This document shows positions 63,584 to 64,000 of a stretch of DNA of 64,000 nucleotides, in pieces. The number at the start of each line of letters is the position of its first letter. Position 1 is the stretch's first letter. Origin of the DNA: an uncultured Desulfobacterales bacterium (lineage in GTDB: Bacteria > Desulfobacterota > Desulfobacteria > Desulfobacterales > JBDRRP01); NCBI GenBank assembly GCA_964446485.1, contig CAYUOU010000001.1, positions 131,209 through 195,208 on the forward strand. Direction: 5' to 3'. The notes beneath the pieces were generated by a model that saw nothing but the letters and a program-made list of their open reading frames with translations, was not told the origin of the DNA and made no database searches. Both the position numbers and the translations under genes were made by a program.

Positions 63584-64000
63584 TCAATCGTCGTCTCCGA
63601 GTGTGATTCGAAGGGGCAGCGTCATGGTGAAGGTAGTGCCTTTATTCCGCCGGCTATCCAGATCGATGGTGCCGCCCAGACACCGGGCCAGAGCGAGGCT
63701 GCCGGCCAGCCCGATGCCGTGACCCCGCACCTCCGGCCGAGAACCGGCGCCCATGCGCACATAGCGGGTAAACACAGCGTCCTGGTGTTCAGCGGGAATC
63801 CCTGGGCCGTCGTCGGAGACGGCTACGATGAAATGGGTGCCCTCCACGGCGGCACGGATATCGATCCGCTGGCGGCGGTAGTGCATGGCGTTTTTTAACA
63901 GATTCCCAAGGATTTGGCCAAACTTGACTTCGTCTTGCTGAAGCACCTGCCCGCGGCAGGCTGGCTGAATGTCCAGGTAAATGGCGTATGAGGACAGGTG
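63584..64000 (-). CDS. histidine kinase, C-terminal HATPase_c portion (5' part outside window)
   Basis: N-box ILGNLLKNAM, G-boxes DDGPGI and GHGIGL. The frame stays open to the window edge. The stop is 24 nt upstream of the receiver gene's start. Confidence 0.8.
   Translation of the reverse strand, partial: HLSSYAIYLDIQPACRGQVLQQDEVKFGQILGNLLKNAMHYRRQRIDIRAAVEGTHFIVAVSDDGPGIPAEHQDAVFTRYVRMGAGSRPEVRGHGIGLAGSLALARCLGGTIDLDSRRNKGTTFTMTLPLRITLGDDD

Noticed and set aside
1-64000. Window-wide search for CRISPR arrays, tRNA/rRNA genes, IS elements, integrases, phage genes, reverse transcriptases or known defence-system genes.
   Set aside because: I saw no regularly spaced direct repeats, no T-loop or acceptor-stem patterns in intergenic DNA, and no transposase, integrase or RT-like ORFs. 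A tRNAscan, Infernal or defence-system HMM scan would be needed to exclude them formally.

Overview
GC-rich bacterial chromosomal segment. The complete dsrT-like + dsrMKJOP operon at 14.4-20.1 kb suggests a sulfate/sulfite-respiring Desulfobacterota-type organism (inference). I call about 53 protein-coding genes. Most are housekeeping metabolism: asd, aroB, aroK, trpBA, acnA, carB, a purF paralog, mutY, dinB, hrpB, and a TatT-type TRAP transporter. These are interleaved with unusually dense signalling: 5 histidine kinases, 3 sigma-54 enhancer-binding proteins and several receivers. I found no rRNA, tRNA, CRISPR array, transposase, integrase or phage gene by eye, and nothing that looks like a known defence island. 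The many long ORFs antisense to real genes look like GC-driven shadow ORFs. The best candidate for an undescribed system is at 37.3-44.1 kb. A sensor kinase and NtrC-type activator sit upstream of a near-consensus -24/-12 promoter. That promoter precedes a tight module encoding a USP, a cytidylate-kinase-like membrane protein with a degenerate P-loop, a TauE/SafE (TSUP) permease, a CheY-like receiver and a Trp/Lys/Arg-rich mini-ORF. Secondary items:
- A sigma-54 activator with a pseudo-receiver lies divergent from an enolase-superfamily gene with apparently degenerate catalytic residues.
- A PurF paralog lacks the Cys1 nucleophile.
- Two genes (aldo/keto reductase, homocysteine S-methyltransferase) have collapsed by large in-frame internal deletions.
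- A 46-nt GC-rich intergenic repeat occurs twice, 52 kb apart.
- A GntR/UTRA regulator is translationally coupled to trpBA.
- An orphan periplasmic binding protein is paired with a hybrid kinase.
All family assignments come from motif recognition by eye. No database search or computation was run.
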